A stretch of 64,000 nt of DNA from Nanoarchaeota archaeon SCGC AAA011-D5 (GTDB lineage: Archaea; Nanobdellota; Nanobdellia; Pacearchaeales; GW2011-AR1), in contig ASMP01000002.1 of NCBI GenBank assembly GCA_000405225.1, forward strand, positions 1,494 through 65,493, given 5' to 3'. Under the pieces are notes generated by a model. That model had not been told where the DNA came from, did no database searches, and saw nothing but the letters and a program-made list of their open reading frames with translations. A program made the position numbers and the translations under genes. Below, piece after piece: positions 19,297 to 28,211 of the stretch (positions are counted from its first letter, which is position 1; every line of letters starts with the position of its first letter).

Positions 19297-20529
19297 ATGA
19301 TACACAAAATGGAAAAGAAATTTTTGGTTTCTTTCCTATTAGCGGTGAGTGTTTTGTTCCTTGCTGCTACTGTAAGCGCTACCAATTTTGCAACCATCAC
19401 AAATGTTGAAGTTGATGGCGTTGATTGGAATAGCAATCCGGCAATAGTTGTCGGGGATTCGGTAACTATAAGAGTTGACTTTAATTCTTTCGTTAGCGCA
19501 TCTGACGTTACAGTAGAAGTGGAACTTGAAAGCGACAAAAAGGATGTTAGATTAGAGACTAGGCCTTTCGATGTCGAGACAGGACAAACATACACAAGAT
19601 CCTTGAGGCTCGAAGTTCCTTTTGACCTGAAAGACACGCTTAGCGAATTTGTTACTTTAACCGTTGAAATTAGCGGAGACGGTTTCAAAACAACAGAGTT
19701 CAGGGAACTGAGACTTCAGAGAACTGCTTTCGATGCAAGCATAAAGGCGATTAGTGTTCCTCAGAGAGTCGGTGCCGGAGAAACTTTCCCGGTCGATGTT
19801 GTTCTGAAGAACATAGGTTACAACGATCTTGATGACCTTCTCGTGACTGCAAGTATGCCTGCCCTTGGCTTAGAAAGAACAGCTTTCTTCGGAGACATCG
19901 TGGCATTGGAATGTGACGATAAAGCTTCATCTGTAGAGAATTACGGTGTCGAAGGTCTAACGAGAAAGTGCGATGAAGATGACCAAGACACAGTCGCTGG
20001 AAGAGTATTCCTTCAGTTGCCGTGGGATGTTGCAGCCGGTGTCTATGCGCTGGAAGTAACTGTCGAGAACGATGACACGAGTTCAAGCAAAATCGTTCAG
20101 GTCGCTGTAGAGAACGCCTTTTCTTCAGGAAACTTTATAGTTTCCGGAAACCAGTTGCTAATAGTGAATCCTACAAACCAGGTAGTTGTCTACAGGGTTG
20201 TTCCTGAATCCACAGGTGCTGTTTCGGTCAGCGTGAGCGACAGTCTTGTCGCAGTTCCAGCTGGATCAAGCAAGACAGTTCTTGTTGACGCAACGTCAAA
20301 TGTTGCAGGAACACAGACATTTGCAGTGAATATTTTCTCTGCAGACGGTTCCCTCCTAGAAAGGGTGGAATTTGCTACATCTGGAAACGGAAAGGATAGC
20401 GGCGCCGCAAGTTCAATCGTTGTATTAACAGTCATACTGGCAATAATATTCATAGTATTGCTAATTGTTCTGATAGTACTGATTGGAAAGAAACCTGAAA
20501 AGGAAGAATTCGGAGAAAGCTATTACTAA
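19297..20529 (+). CDS. cell-surface (S-layer-like) protein: Sec signal, beta-sandwich repeats, C-terminal TM anchor
   Basis: Signal peptide FLLAVSVLFLAATVSA. Repeated beta-rich modules. C-terminal SSIVVLTVILAIIFIVLLIVLIVLIGKKPEKEE. Followed by a long T-rich terminator. Confidence 0.65.
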   Translation: MIHKMEKKFLVSFLLAVSVLFLAATVSATNFATITNVEVDGVDWNSNPAIVVGDSVTIRVDFNSFVSASDVTVEVELESDKKDVRLETRPFDVETGQTYTRSLRLEVPFDLKDTLSEFVTLTVEISGDGFKTTEFRELRLQRTAFDASIKAISVPQRVGAGETFPVDVVLKNIGYNDLDDLLVTASMPALGLERTAFFGDIVALECDDKASSVENYGVEGLTRKCDEDDQDTVAGRVFLQLPWDVAAGVYALEVTVENDDTSSSKIVQVAVENAFSSGNFIVSGNQLLIVNPTNQVVVYRVVPESTGAVSVSVSDSLVAVPAGSSKTVLVDATSNVAGTQTFAVNIFSADGSLLERVEFATSGNGKDSGAASSIVVLTVILAIIFIVLLIVLIVLIGKKPEKEEFGESYY

Positions 20530-20585
20530 ATTTTTTATTTTTAGCTTTCTTATTTTTTTTATTTTTATTATTTTTTATTTAGTCT
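20530..20585 (+). terminator. oligo-T-rich archaeal terminator region after the surface-protein gene
   Basis: Runs of T5-T8 immediately after the stop (tttttta ttttt .. tttttttt atttttatt atttttt). Confidence 0.5.
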
Positions 20586-20639
20586 TTCTTCATTCTTTAT
20601 TTAGAGGGAAAACAGATTTTAATTCAAACGAAAAGAAGA

Positions 20640-21152
20640 ATGAAAAAAATAAAACTCGGACAATTAGAAGTTGATTTAGGAGAACTGACTGATTTCATAG
20701 TTGAAGCCAAGAAAAATGGCTATGCTGCGGGCGGAGAAAAAAGAAGATGGTCAGATGGGTCAAAAACATTCACCTTCCATAATGGGAATTTTCATTACAG
20801 AGACAATTATGCTGGCTCTTATCAGGCACCAGGTAGCGAAATAGTAAGATGGAAGAAACCAGATGGCCAGAGAATATGGCAGATGTCTTATTCTGGAGGA
20901 ATACGTCCAGAGTTTTGGGGAAACTCGGAATTAAAAGATCAAACTCTTGGATTTCTTAAGGGAGCTTTACTAAAAGTAAGTCATGCTCATCCTTTTAGAG
21001 GTCCTGAAAGATATAGAGACGGGGGTTTAATATACATCTTAACAATAGATGGGGACATCAGGAAATTCCGTGGCCATGAATGTATAATAAATGAAGATTC
21101 TGATGGTGTTATATTCTCACAACATATAATTGGCTGCTTGGTTGTGCCTTAA
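20640..21152 (+). CDS. conserved hypothetical protein (resembles DUF5680 family)
   Basis: Pattern LTDFIVEAKKNGYA.GG ... YRDNY.G ... W.MSY.GG ... PFRGP recalled from DUF5680-type proteins. From memory, not searched. Confidence 0.45.
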   Translation: MKKIKLGQLEVDLGELTDFIVEAKKNGYAAGGEKRRWSDGSKTFTFHNGNFHYRDNYAGSYQAPGSEIVRWKKPDGQRIWQMSYSGGIRPEFWGNSELKDQTLGFLKGALLKVSHAHPFRGPERYRDGGLIYILTIDGDIRKFRGHECIINEDSDGVIFSQHIIGCLVVP

Positions 21153-21158
21153 AAAACA

Positions 21159-21791
21159 TCATTCCCCAATAAAAGGCACGAAGACAAATCCCGGAAGCCT
21201 TTTTATCATCTCAAATTCAGAGCTTGATTTTCTTTGGATAGCAATGATTTCTTGTTCAAAACGGGAGCCTTTTGGAGCAACAAGAATCCCTCTGTTTTTC
21301 AGCTGGCTCATTATTTCTTCAGGAATATTTCTCATGGCGGCGCTGATAATTACTGAATCAAATGGTGCTTTTTCCGGAAGGCCTTTAGAGCCGTTTTTAT
21401 TGTATACATTGATATTGTCATATTCAACAAGATTTTCCTTTGATTTTTCAGCAAGTTCTTTTACAATTTCCAGTCCGTAAACCTTGCCTTGTTCACCGAC
21501 AATTTCTGAAAGCAAAGCAAGAACATAACCGCATCCAGAGCCGATTTCAAGAACTTTCTGTCCCTTCCTTAAATCCAGAAGAGAGAGCATCACAGCAATC
21601 GTGTATGGCTGGCTTATTGTTTGGCCATGACCTATTGGAAGAGCAGTGTCCTTGTAAGCCATTGCCTTTATGTTTTTAGGAATGAAATCCTCTCTTTTGA
21701 CTGAAGAGAATGCATCAAGAATTTTTTCGGAAAATCCTTTTTCCTTAAGGCTATTTAGGAGCTCTTTCTTGTTCATTTTTAGTTGAAACAC
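21159..21791 (-). CDS. pcm: protein-L-isoaspartate O-methyltransferase
   Basis: GHGQTISQPYTIAVMLSLL and the SAM motif VLEIGSGCGY. Confidence 0.9.
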   Translation of the reverse strand: MFQLKMNKKELLNSLKEKGFSEKILDAFSSVKREDFIPKNIKAMAYKDTALPIGHGQTISQPYTIAVMLSLLDLRKGQKVLEIGSGCGYVLALLSEIVGEQGKVYGLEIVKELAEKSKENLVEYDNINVYNKNGSKGLPEKAPFDSVIISAAMRNIPEEIMSQLKNRGILVAPKGSRFEQEIIAIQRKSSSEFEMIKRLPGFVFVPFIGE

Positions 21792-21857
21792 TTCGAATTT
21801 ATATATTTTTTAAAAGACAACAATTCTTATAAAGTACCATTTTTTAGGCTTTTAACA

Positions 21858-22142
21858 ATGAAAGTAGCTATTTATTGTGAATTGCCAGGAACATATTTAG
21901 AACATGTTAGGGGAATGCTTTCTGATCTTGAAATACTCGCAACAAAAGAAATTCCACATGACGAAAGAATAAAAGCTTTGCTTACAGACCCAACAGTAAA
22001 GGAGAGAATAATAAGGGTTAGGGTTGGTTCTCCAATTTTTTATAATGTTGCAGATTATGCTCAAGATGAAATAGGGAGAGAGATATTATTAAGTAGGAAA
22101 GAATATACTTCCAAAGAATTTAGACCTACACCTTCAAGCTAA
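21858..22142 (+). CDS. hypothetical protein (94 aa from the first ATG; track ORF starts at TTG 21783)
   Basis: ORF track. 3' end overlaps the smc-like gene's 3' end by 17 nt. No motif. Confidence 0.35.
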   Translation: MKVAIYCELPGTYLEHVRGMLSDLEILATKEIPHDERIKALLTDPTVKERIIRVRVGSPIFYNVADYAQDEIGREILLSRKEYTSKEFRPTPSS

Positions 22143-24993
22143 TTATCTTTGAAACTCCCTCATGCATGCTCACACCATATAGGTTTGTGGCTCTGGAAAT
22201 GACTTCATCGTTGTGTGTTATAACTAGGTACTGTCCTTTCTGCATGTACTTATTAAGAAGGCCTGCAAGCCTTTCTGAATTCCTTTTGTCGAGGGCAGCA
22301 TCTATTTCATCCAGAAGGTAGAAATAGTAAGGTCTATATTCCTGGATTGCAAAAATTAGAGACAGGGCAACAAGAGTCTGCTCTCCTCCTGAAAGTGACT
22401 TTACATCGAAGTATCTTCCATGCCCTGTCTTTACAGTTATTTGGACTCCTGTTCCTGGTTCAAAGGGCTCTTTTGGATTTTCAAGCTCAAGATAAACATG
22501 TCCTTTTGGGCTTAGCTCGGAGAAATTTCTGGAGAACAGTTCATTGAGTGTTTTCAGCGTTTGCAGGAACACTTTTTTCTTTTTTGTGTCTATCTCTTCT
22601 ATTATTTTCAGGACTCCCTGTTTTTCTTTTTCTATGATTTCTGCTTTTTCTTTTATCAAGTCATATTCTTTCTTTATTGAGTCATAGACCTCAAGAGAGC
22701 GGAGGTTTACAGAACCGATAGTTAAAAAAGCCTCTTGGGATTTTACAAGCCTTTCGGTTAATGCCTCCCTGTTGCCTCTTATTAAATCTGCTTCACCAAA
22801 ACCAGAGAGTTCTGTCTGGAGATTTTCTGCTTCTGCGTCTGTTCTTGCTTTTTCTATTTTCAGCTCATTGGTTTGCTGCTCTACATTATATATTTCCTGC
22901 TGTTTTTTTGAGATTTCAAGCTTTAGGTCATTGGTTTTTCTCTGTGCACTGTCTCGCTCAGAAATAAGCTCTTTGAATTTTTTTGAAAGCTGCTCTTCCT
23001 GAAGCCTTTTTTTCTGCAGTATCTTTTCTTTTTCTTCAATATTCTTTGTTAAGGATGAAAGCTCCTCACTTAGTTCTTCTTCATTCCTTAAAGCCTGCTT
23101 TATCTGCACTTTAAGACGTTCAATTTCGCTTTCCTTGAAAGAGACCTCTGAATCAACATTTTCCCTTGTTCTTATTGAGACTTCCTCTACTTCTATTCTT
23201 AGTACTTCATATTTCTCCTCTATTCTTTGATTGGCCCCGACTTCTTCCTCAACTTTCTTTCTTTTTTTCATGACAGACGAAATTTCCTCCTTGATAGCAT
23301 CTGCCTTTTTCTGAAGGTTTTTGATTTGTTCTTTCTTTTCTTCTATAGAGGAAAGCTTTCCCAGATCCGAGCCTGTTTTTGATATTTCGCCAGAAATCTG
23401 CTCTGTTTCCTTGGAGAGCAACTCTTTTTTTTCGCGGATTTCTTTAAGCTCTCTGTTTGAAGATTCAATATCTTTTTTCAGAAAGTCTATTCTTGGAAAA
23501 ATTTCTTTTTTTATTATTTCCATATGCTCCCTGGTGATTTTACTTTTGCAGACAGGGCATACGTCCATTTTTGAGATTTTTTCGAGCATTTTGTTGTGGT
23601 TTTCTATTTCAGACTCGTTTGCATAGCTTATTCTCTCAAGTTCATTTTCTCTTTTTGATAACGAATTCGAGGCCTCATTTTTCTCTGCAAGACCATGCCT
23701 TAATTTGCTCATTTTTTCTCTTGATGATCTTTTATCAAAGAGTGCTGCGGAAATATTTTCTATCTGCTTAAGAAGAAAATCGGATTCGCCGATGTAGCTC
23801 TGGAAGAGGTTGTTTTTGTCTTGAAGAATTTCCTTTAAGCTTTTCAATTCTGATTTTGCCATGTAGAACTTTTTTCTTAGAGCATCAAGCTTTTCCAGCT
23901 CTAGTTTTTTCCTTTCAACTTCCCTGAGTTTGGTCTCAGAACTAAACCCTGTTTTTTTCAGACTTTTAACAACTTCACCAATAACCTTTAGTGTTTCCTG
24001 GAATTCTTTTTTCTGCCCTGATAACTCTGAGATTTTTGATGCGTGGTTTTCTTTTCTTACATTCAATGCAGCAAGGTCTGCTCTTAGATTGGCTATTTCG
24101 GAGTTCAAAGCCTCTTGTTCAAGTCCGGTTGATTCCTGAATCTGCCTGTTTATTCCAGATATTTTCAATTCCAGATTTTTTATTTCTGTCTCAAAGCCAA
24201 GCACCGCTTTTCTTACCGAGCTTATTTCTTTGTTTTTTTCAGATATTTTTGAGTTTATCGTCTCTGCCCCTCTTTTCTTTTCCGACAAAGACAGGTTTAT
24301 TATGCTGGCCTTCAGTTTCCTGATTTCTGCCTCAAGTTTCTTGTATTTGAGTGCTTGCTGCCTTTCTTTCTCTAAGTTGTTCAAATATGCCGTCCTTTCC
24401 CTCAGCACAAAATGAACTTCCTTCAATTTTTCCTCTGTTTTTTCAAGTTCGTGCATTGACTTTTCCTTTCTTGTTTCGTATACTGAGATTCCAGAAACCT
24501 CTTCAATTACCGAGCGCCTCTCCTCTGTCTGCATTCTCACAAAATTTTGAATCTCTCCTTGGAGTATTATGTTGAATCCCTGGGGGTCTATGCCTGCCTG
24601 CGCGAGCAAAGAGAGAACCTCCTGCCTTGTTTTCGTTTCGCCGTTAATTTTGTAAATGCTTTGTCCGTTTTTTCTCACTATTCTTTTTATCATGATCTCC
24701 TGTTTTTCTATAGAGAAGATTTTCCCGGAATTATCAAAGACTATTTCTACAGATGCTTCTTTCGCAGGAGCCATATCCTTTCCTCCGAGAAAGATTAGAT
24801 TGCCTGCCCTGGCAGCCCTTAAAGATTTCATGCTCATCCTTCCTAGGACAAAGCAGATAGCGTCAGAGATGTTTGATTTTCCAGAGCCGTTTGGCCCAAG
24901 AACCACATTTATTCCCGGGGTAAATGGGATTTCAGTTTTTCTTGGAAAGCTTTTAAAGCCCTGCATTATCAGCTTTTTTATATACATTTTCAA
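22126..24993 (-). CDS. smc: SMC-family ATPase with SMC-type heads, no hinge domain, and a central CPVC zinc-hook-like motif (955 aa)
   Basis: Walker A GPNGSGKSN. SMC-specific QGEIQNFVRMQTEERRSVIEEVSGISVYETRKEK. Signature LSGGEQTLVALSLIFAIQ. Walker B/D-loop YLLDEIDAALD. Continuous coiled-coil sequence in between. MDVCPVCKSKITREH at residues ~476-490 of 955. Confidence 0.85.
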   Translation of the reverse strand: MKMYIKKLIMQGFKSFPRKTEIPFTPGINVVLGPNGSGKSNISDAICFVLGRMSMKSLRAARAGNLIFLGGKDMAPAKEASVEIVFDNSGKIFSIEKQEIMIKRIVRKNGQSIYKINGETKTRQEVLSLLAQAGIDPQGFNIILQGEIQNFVRMQTEERRSVIEEVSGISVYETRKEKSMHELEKTEEKLKEVHFVLRERTAYLNNLEKERQQALKYKKLEAEIRKLKASIINLSLSEKKRGAETINSKISEKNKEISSVRKAVLGFETEIKNLELKISGINRQIQESTGLEQEALNSEIANLRADLAALNVRKENHASKISELSGQKKEFQETLKVIGEVVKSLKKTGFSSETKLREVERKKLELEKLDALRKKFYMAKSELKSLKEILQDKNNLFQSYIGESDFLLKQIENISAALFDKRSSREKMSKLRHGLAEKNEASNSLSKRENELERISYANESEIENHNKMLEKISKMDVCPVCKSKITREHMEIIKKEIFPRIDFLKKDIESSNRELKEIREKKELLSKETEQISGEISKTGSDLGKLSSIEEKKEQIKNLQKKADAIKEEISSVMKKRKKVEEEVGANQRIEEKYEVLRIEVEEVSIRTRENVDSEVSFKESEIERLKVQIKQALRNEEELSEELSSLTKNIEEKEKILQKKRLQEEQLSKKFKELISERDSAQRKTNDLKLEISKKQQEIYNVEQQTNELKIEKARTDAEAENLQTELSGFGEADLIRGNREALTERLVKSQEAFLTIGSVNLRSLEVYDSIKKEYDLIKEKAEIIEKEKQGVLKIIEEIDTKKKKVFLQTLKTLNELFSRNFSELSPKGHVYLELENPKEPFEPGTGVQITVKTGHGRYFDVKSLSGGEQTLVALSLIFAIQEYRPYYFYLLDEIDAALDKRNSERLAGLLNKYMQKGQYLVITHNDEVISRATNLYGVSMHEGVSKIISLKV

Positions 24994-25021
24994 TTCAACA
25001 TATATGGTCTTTTAATTATTT

Positions 25022-26008
25022 TTATATTTGAGGATATGCTCCAGGATAATAATCTAATTTATCTTCATTAATTACCACAACGAAGTCGTAATGCTTAATT
25101 GTATCTGAAAACTTATCTCTCAGATCCAACATTATTTTATGAAATTTATTAAAATTTTCAATTTCAAAATCAAGTTCAATATCCCAGGAACCTATTACAT
25201 TGATTATATAAGTAAGATTTTTTAAATTATTGCAATAACTAAAAAATTCTTCATATTTTTCTTTTGTTTGACTTTTGAATTTTATTAAAGCCTTGCAATA
25301 AATCCAATCAAGTTTATTAAGGTTAAGAAAGATTCTACTTATTAAAATTATCTTTTCTTTTTTTAAGTTTTTTATTCTATAATTTACAATTCTTGGGGTG
25401 GTTTTTAGCCTATAAGCAATTTCAGTTATTGGCATTCTTGCATTATTAACCAATAATTTAATAATTTCTTCATCTATTTTATCAATCTTTAAGTTTCCTA
25501 TTTGTTCTCCTTGATAAACCACAGGATAACGTCTTTTTTCTTCCAAGAGGTAGTCTTTTCTCCAGTGGGGAACACCTAAACTGATAGACGTTTCCCTAGA
25601 AGAAATATATTGACTGAATTTTTCATCTAATTCTTTTATTGCTTCGTCAAATTCATACACATCTTTCACGAGATATCCCACTATAAGATCCCATTTTCCA
25701 GAGCAGGTTGCTATCCATTCTGTTTTTTTGTGTGCTTTAAGAAACTCTGTGATTTCATTTATTTTTTGTTTATCTGCATTCTCAAAAGAAAGATAAATTT
25801 TGTATTTTGATAAACCTAATTTATATGTATCAATAACAGTGGCAAATCTTGAAATATACTTTTCTTTGATTAGTCTTTTTATCCTATAAGCAACTGTTTG
25901 TTTTGATAAGGCCACTTTTTTACCTATCTCCGAATCTGTCTGTCTGGAATCTATATCTAACTGATAAAGTATTTTTCTATCTTTTAAATCTAAAATATCT
26001 TTAATCAT
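25022..26008 (-). CDS. tandem-duplicated Lrp/AsnC-like transcriptional regulator (2 x wHTH + effector-like domain)
   Basis: Two copies of the pattern LD..D.KIL..L..(D/N)(S/A)R....EI(G/A)....(S/T)...V.YRIK.L: residues ~5-50 and ~175-215. Confidence 0.65.
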   Translation of the reverse strand: MIKDILDLKDRKILYQLDIDSRQTDSEIGKKVALSKQTVAYRIKRLIKEKYISRFATVIDTYKLGLSKYKIYLSFENADKQKINEITEFLKAHKKTEWIATCSGKWDLIVGYLVKDVYEFDEAIKELDEKFSQYISSRETSISLGVPHWRKDYLLEEKRRYPVVYQGEQIGNLKIDKIDEEIIKLLVNNARMPITEIAYRLKTTPRIVNYRIKNLKKEKIILISRIFLNLNKLDWIYCKALIKFKSQTKEKYEEFFSYCNNLKNLTYIINVIGSWDIELDFEIENFNKFHKIMLDLRDKFSDTIKHYDFVVVINEDKLDYYPGAYPQI

Positions 26009-26128
26009 ATTTTACTTATATTCAAATTATTTATAAACTTTGTTATTTTGACAAAAAAATATATAGAATATTATATATACTTATTGTTATTTAATAATAG
26101 TAACTAAATAAGGAATAATAAGGTAAAA

Positions 26129-26950
26129 ATGAAAAGCAATCATTCAACAGGAACAGAAATTCCCATGTGGAAAAAATGGGAAAGATTTGATGGAAGAAGT
26201 TATCTACGAGACGGTGTCTTGCGGGCCATTAGAGAAAAAAAGTTTGAAACTGCCTTGGGTTTAGTTTGTATGTATGAAAATCATATGCATCTTCATTCAG
26301 GCATTCCGTATGGAAAAAATCCCCATATTAATGAAACAATTTCTGCTCTGGAAAACAGAATTAAAACTTCACTAATATGCTCTAGAATTTTAGGAGAAAC
26401 ATATAACCCTTTTTGTCACAATGTTTTTAACGATGTTTATGACAGGGCTGTAGATAATCTCTTAAGATTGTGTAAAACTATAGAAGGTAGACTTGAATAT
26501 AATTTAGAAAGAGGAAGAAAAGACCTAAAGGAAGCAAGAGGATATATTTTTAATTTTAGCCAAGAGACTGATGAAGCTATTGAACTTGCTAAAAAAGGAT
26601 CAAAGTGGTCAAATGCTTTAAATCGTATTAGAAAACCTAGTCGTAAAAACGCAGAAGAGATGAAGAAAAGGGGGGTTTATTCGTATGCTCACTCTGCGAT
26701 TCCTGATAGAATTTTTAGTGATGAGTTAAAGAGGGAAAAAGAAATTGAATCTTACAGAGATTTTTTCTCCCAAAAACTTGAAGAAGCTCAAAGATTGAAA
26801 GAAGAACGTCATCAGAAACATCTGGAATTGAAAAAAGAAAATGAGAGACTAAACCAAGAAAGAAAATCTAAAGACACACAAATTAAAACAAATGAAGTTT
26901 TTGTAAAACCCAATTTTATTTCAAGGCTTAAGAGAATATTTTTTAATTAA
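26129..26950 (+). CDS. hypothetical protein with C-terminal coiled coil (273 aa)
   Basis: ORF track. Charged heptad-like C-terminus. No motif. Confidence 0.45.
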   Translation: MKSNHSTGTEIPMWKKWERFDGRSYLRDGVLRAIREKKFETALGLVCMYENHMHLHSGIPYGKNPHINETISALENRIKTSLICSRILGETYNPFCHNVFNDVYDRAVDNLLRLCKTIEGRLEYNLERGRKDLKEARGYIFNFSQETDEAIELAKKGSKWSNALNRIRKPSRKNAEEMKKRGVYSYAHSAIPDRIFSDELKREKEIESYRDFFSQKLEEAQRLKEERHQKHLELKKENERLNQERKSKDTQIKTNEVFVKPNFISRLKRIFFN

Positions 26951-27034
26951 CAAGTTTTTAAAGAATTCGGGGGTTTTAATTAACCATATTGTTTTACCTC
27001 ACTTTAATAGTCAAAGCAATACAAAGATAAGATT

Positions 27035-27334
27035 TTATGGCAAGTTAACATAGATACTAAGTCCGCCTTCTTCTTCACCATGATAAATACCACTAGTACT
27101 CACATCAGTCAATCCTTGTGATTCTAGATATCTAATTAATTCGCCATATGCAGGGTGTTGCATTAATTCCTCTTTTGTCATAGGTCTTCTAACATGGTTT
27201 AAGAATAAAAGTTCATACCAAGGCAGACCTTTTCTTGCTGCTTCTTCAAGTTTCTGAGGTAGAGTAGAAATAAGTGCCCTCACTTTAACCCTTTCAGATT
27301 CTATAAAATTGTTTTGTCTGGTTCTATCTTCCAA
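27035..27334 (-). CDS. hypothetical protein (99 aa)
   Basis: ORF track only. Confidence 0.4.
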   Translation of the reverse strand: MEDRTRQNNFIESERVKVRALISTLPQKLEEAARKGLPWYELLFLNHVRRPMTKEELMQHPAYGELIRYLESQGLTDVSTSGIYHGEEEGGLSIYVNLP

Positions 27335-27486
27335 TTCACTTTGTCTATTTGCCTCTTCACGCAGTTGTTTAAGTTTAAGAAGATCAATATCCTTCTAAGG
27401 GGTTGTCGATTCTAATACCATAACTTTTTATGGAAATCAACGTTTTTAAATCTTTCTATTTTGTTGTTCTTTTATAGAAGTAACAT

Positions 27487-28173
27487 TCAGAATAACTTTT
27501 TCTGTCCTGCGTCATGACTGGCTTTTTTCCAGGTTTTCCAGCTCTTCCTGAAAATTCCTTTATGTTCCAGCTTTTTTATGTTTTTCTGCAGGAACTTTGC
27601 CGTTCTTTGGTCTGAAGAATATCCTGAACCGATGTGGTCTCCATATTTCTTTCTTAAAATATCCATTTCCCTTTCCCTTTCTTCTTTTGCCAGGACAGAT
27701 GCAGCGGAAACAGCTACATGATTTACATCTGCTTTATGTTCGCAGAGTATCACAAGGTTAGAAAGGTTTTCTATTTTTGTCTGCACGGTGTCTCTCCATT
27801 TAGCCCTGTTTGTAGACGGGCAGTCTATCACGACTTTTATTTTCATGCCGGCGACACTAGGAGCCTTGTTTATTTCATTGATAATTTTGGCAGCCATTTG
27901 TGCTTCTAAATCATTCAAATTTACTCCGAAATGGTCCTTCCCATCTATTTCTGGGGGGTGCTTCACCTGAATCGCGAATGCTTCTGCCTTTTCCTTTATG
28001 TGTGATTCTAAAAAAGCCCTTCTTTTTTTAGTCAGTTGCTTACTGTCTTTCACGCCGAGCCTTTTCAGCTCTTTTTCTGTGTCTTCTGTGATAAGGCAAC
28101 CGGCAAGAACCATCGGACCTATCACGGGGCCACGCCCAGCATCATCAATCCCAAGAATAAGTTTTCTCTCCAT
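27487..28173 (-). CDS. rnhB: ribonuclease HII
   Basis: LGIDDAGRGPVIGPMVLAG active-site motif. DSKQLT. 228 aa. Confidence 0.9.
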   Translation of the reverse strand: MERKLILGIDDAGRGPVIGPMVLAGCLITEDTEKELKRLGVKDSKQLTKKRRAFLESHIKEKAEAFAIQVKHPPEIDGKDHFGVNLNDLEAQMAAKIINEINKAPSVAGMKIKVVIDCPSTNRAKWRDTVQTKIENLSNLVILCEHKADVNHVAVSAASVLAKEEREREMDILRKKYGDHIGSGYSSDQRTAKFLQKNIKKLEHKGIFRKSWKTWKKASHDAGQKKLF

Positions 28174-28211
28174 GCAGGAAAAAAATGCTTGTTTGTTTTT
28201 AAAACTTTATA

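Noticed and set aside
20483-20674. 63-aa ORF across the T-rich region after the surface-protein gene.
   Set aside because: Its translation is Phe/Ile/Leu homopolymer-like because it reads through an oligo-T terminator tract.
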